Shown here one piece after another: positions 62,997 to 64,000 of a stretch of 64,000 bases of DNA. The stretch is taken from assembly GCF_018350175.1 (NCBI RefSeq), contig NC_058368.1, forward strand, positions 117,182,001-117,246,000. Direction: 5' to 3'. The position numbers and the translations under genes are program-made. The stretch is from Felis catus (lineage: Eukaryota). The notes beneath the pieces are model-generated. The model ran no database searches. It saw nothing but the letters and a program-made list of their open reading frames with translations, and was not told where the DNA came from. Position 1 is the stretch's first letter. Every line of letters starts with the position of its first letter.

Positions 62997-64000
62997 ATGT
63001 CCCATGATCTGGATTTGCTTATCATTTTCTCACAGTGAAATCAGGTTAACAACCATTTTGGTAGGAATACTGACTGGGTGACATTGTACACCTCCCACAG
63101 CATTACGTCAGGAATCATTTCATGTCATTTTGTTCAGCTATCAGGGATACTCACTTTGTTCACTTAGTTAAAGTGGTATCTTCAGATCTCTCCATTACAA
63201 ATATATTTTAAAATATTTGTGATTAATAAGTACTCTGTGCGTGATATTTGAGACTGTGCAGCAACCTTTCAGTTTTAATATTTTAATATTCACCAGTGAT
63301 TGGTGGTTACGAGGTGGTGATTTTCTGTCATTCCTCCTACCTTTGTTTAGATGGAATTGTCCTACAGATTACCTGGAAATTTATTCAGATGTGAATTCCC
63401 TGTCTTCTAATTTCCCTTTTCCTCAGGGAAGCTTGGACTGATTGAGCTCCCTAGCCCTTACTAAATCAAGACTCCCTTATACACCTTGCTCTTTGCCCCC
63501 ATGGCACTTGTCACAGTTACCATTAAATAATTGTGTGATTATTTAATGTCAGCCTCTCAGTATATAGACCATGAGCATCACAGAGACTATGTCAGTCACG
63601 TTCACAACTATAACCCCAGTATCTTGCCCAGTGTCTGGCACACAGTAATTGGTCAGTAAATGTTGGTTGAATAAATGGACACAGAATTCCAACTGTTGTC
63701 ACTCTGAGAGAGAAATGAGGCTCCTACTTTCCCTTCAACCCTAACTGTCTGATGTGAGGGTATAGAGGACACATAGAGCAGCTGCACTCTGGCCAAGCCT
63801 TAGACTAAGTCCACCTACCTGAGGATGGAGAATCCCAGATCAGGGGAAACCGTAAGCAGGGACAGAACTTGGAAAAATTGTAAAGCATTTCTTGGCTGTG
63901 CTCACCCACCATGACAGAATACACCAACATGATCATGCTCTTGCTCTCTCTGTCTCCCTCTCATGCTTCCAAGGCCTGCCCTGCAGCCCTTACCCTGGTG

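Noticed and set aside
1..64000. CRISPR-like arrays, prokaryotic systems or a novel gene system
   Set aside because: There are no regularly spaced repeat-spacer arrays, and all long ORFs are explained by protocadherin exons, L1 remnants or composition. The locus is a well-known vertebrate cluster.

Overview
This is mammalian genomic DNA from a cat-family carnivore, judged by the many Can-SINE/SINEC_Fc-type SINEs and feline L1 3' ends. It covers the 3' part of the clustered protocadherin gamma (PCDHG) locus, with all genes on the + strand. The order is: an intact gamma-B variable exon (2376-4793, in the slot of human PCDHGB8P/mouse Pcdhgb8); a heavily disrupted PCDHGA12 exon split by a young L1 (6438-~9419); a very decayed gamma-B relic (~15.2-16.7 kb, PCDHGB9P slot); ~20 kb of transposon-rich intron; intact PCDHGC3, C4 and C5 variable exons; and the 59-bp first constant exon (56711-56769). 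CSE/CTCF promoter elements with a CGCT box precede gamma-B8, psi-A12 and C3, and a CpG-decayed copy precedes the gamma-B relic; I see none at C4 or C5. I found no evidence of a wholly new biological system. The most notable observations are the apparent swap of live and dead isoforms relative to human, a dead exon that keeps two CTCF-like sites, a 75-bp inverted templated insertion inside a SINE, short extra tails on three retrotransposons, and in-frame internal splice donors in the C-type exons. Orthology calls rest on position and recalled protein sequences, not database searches, and repeat boundaries are approximate.
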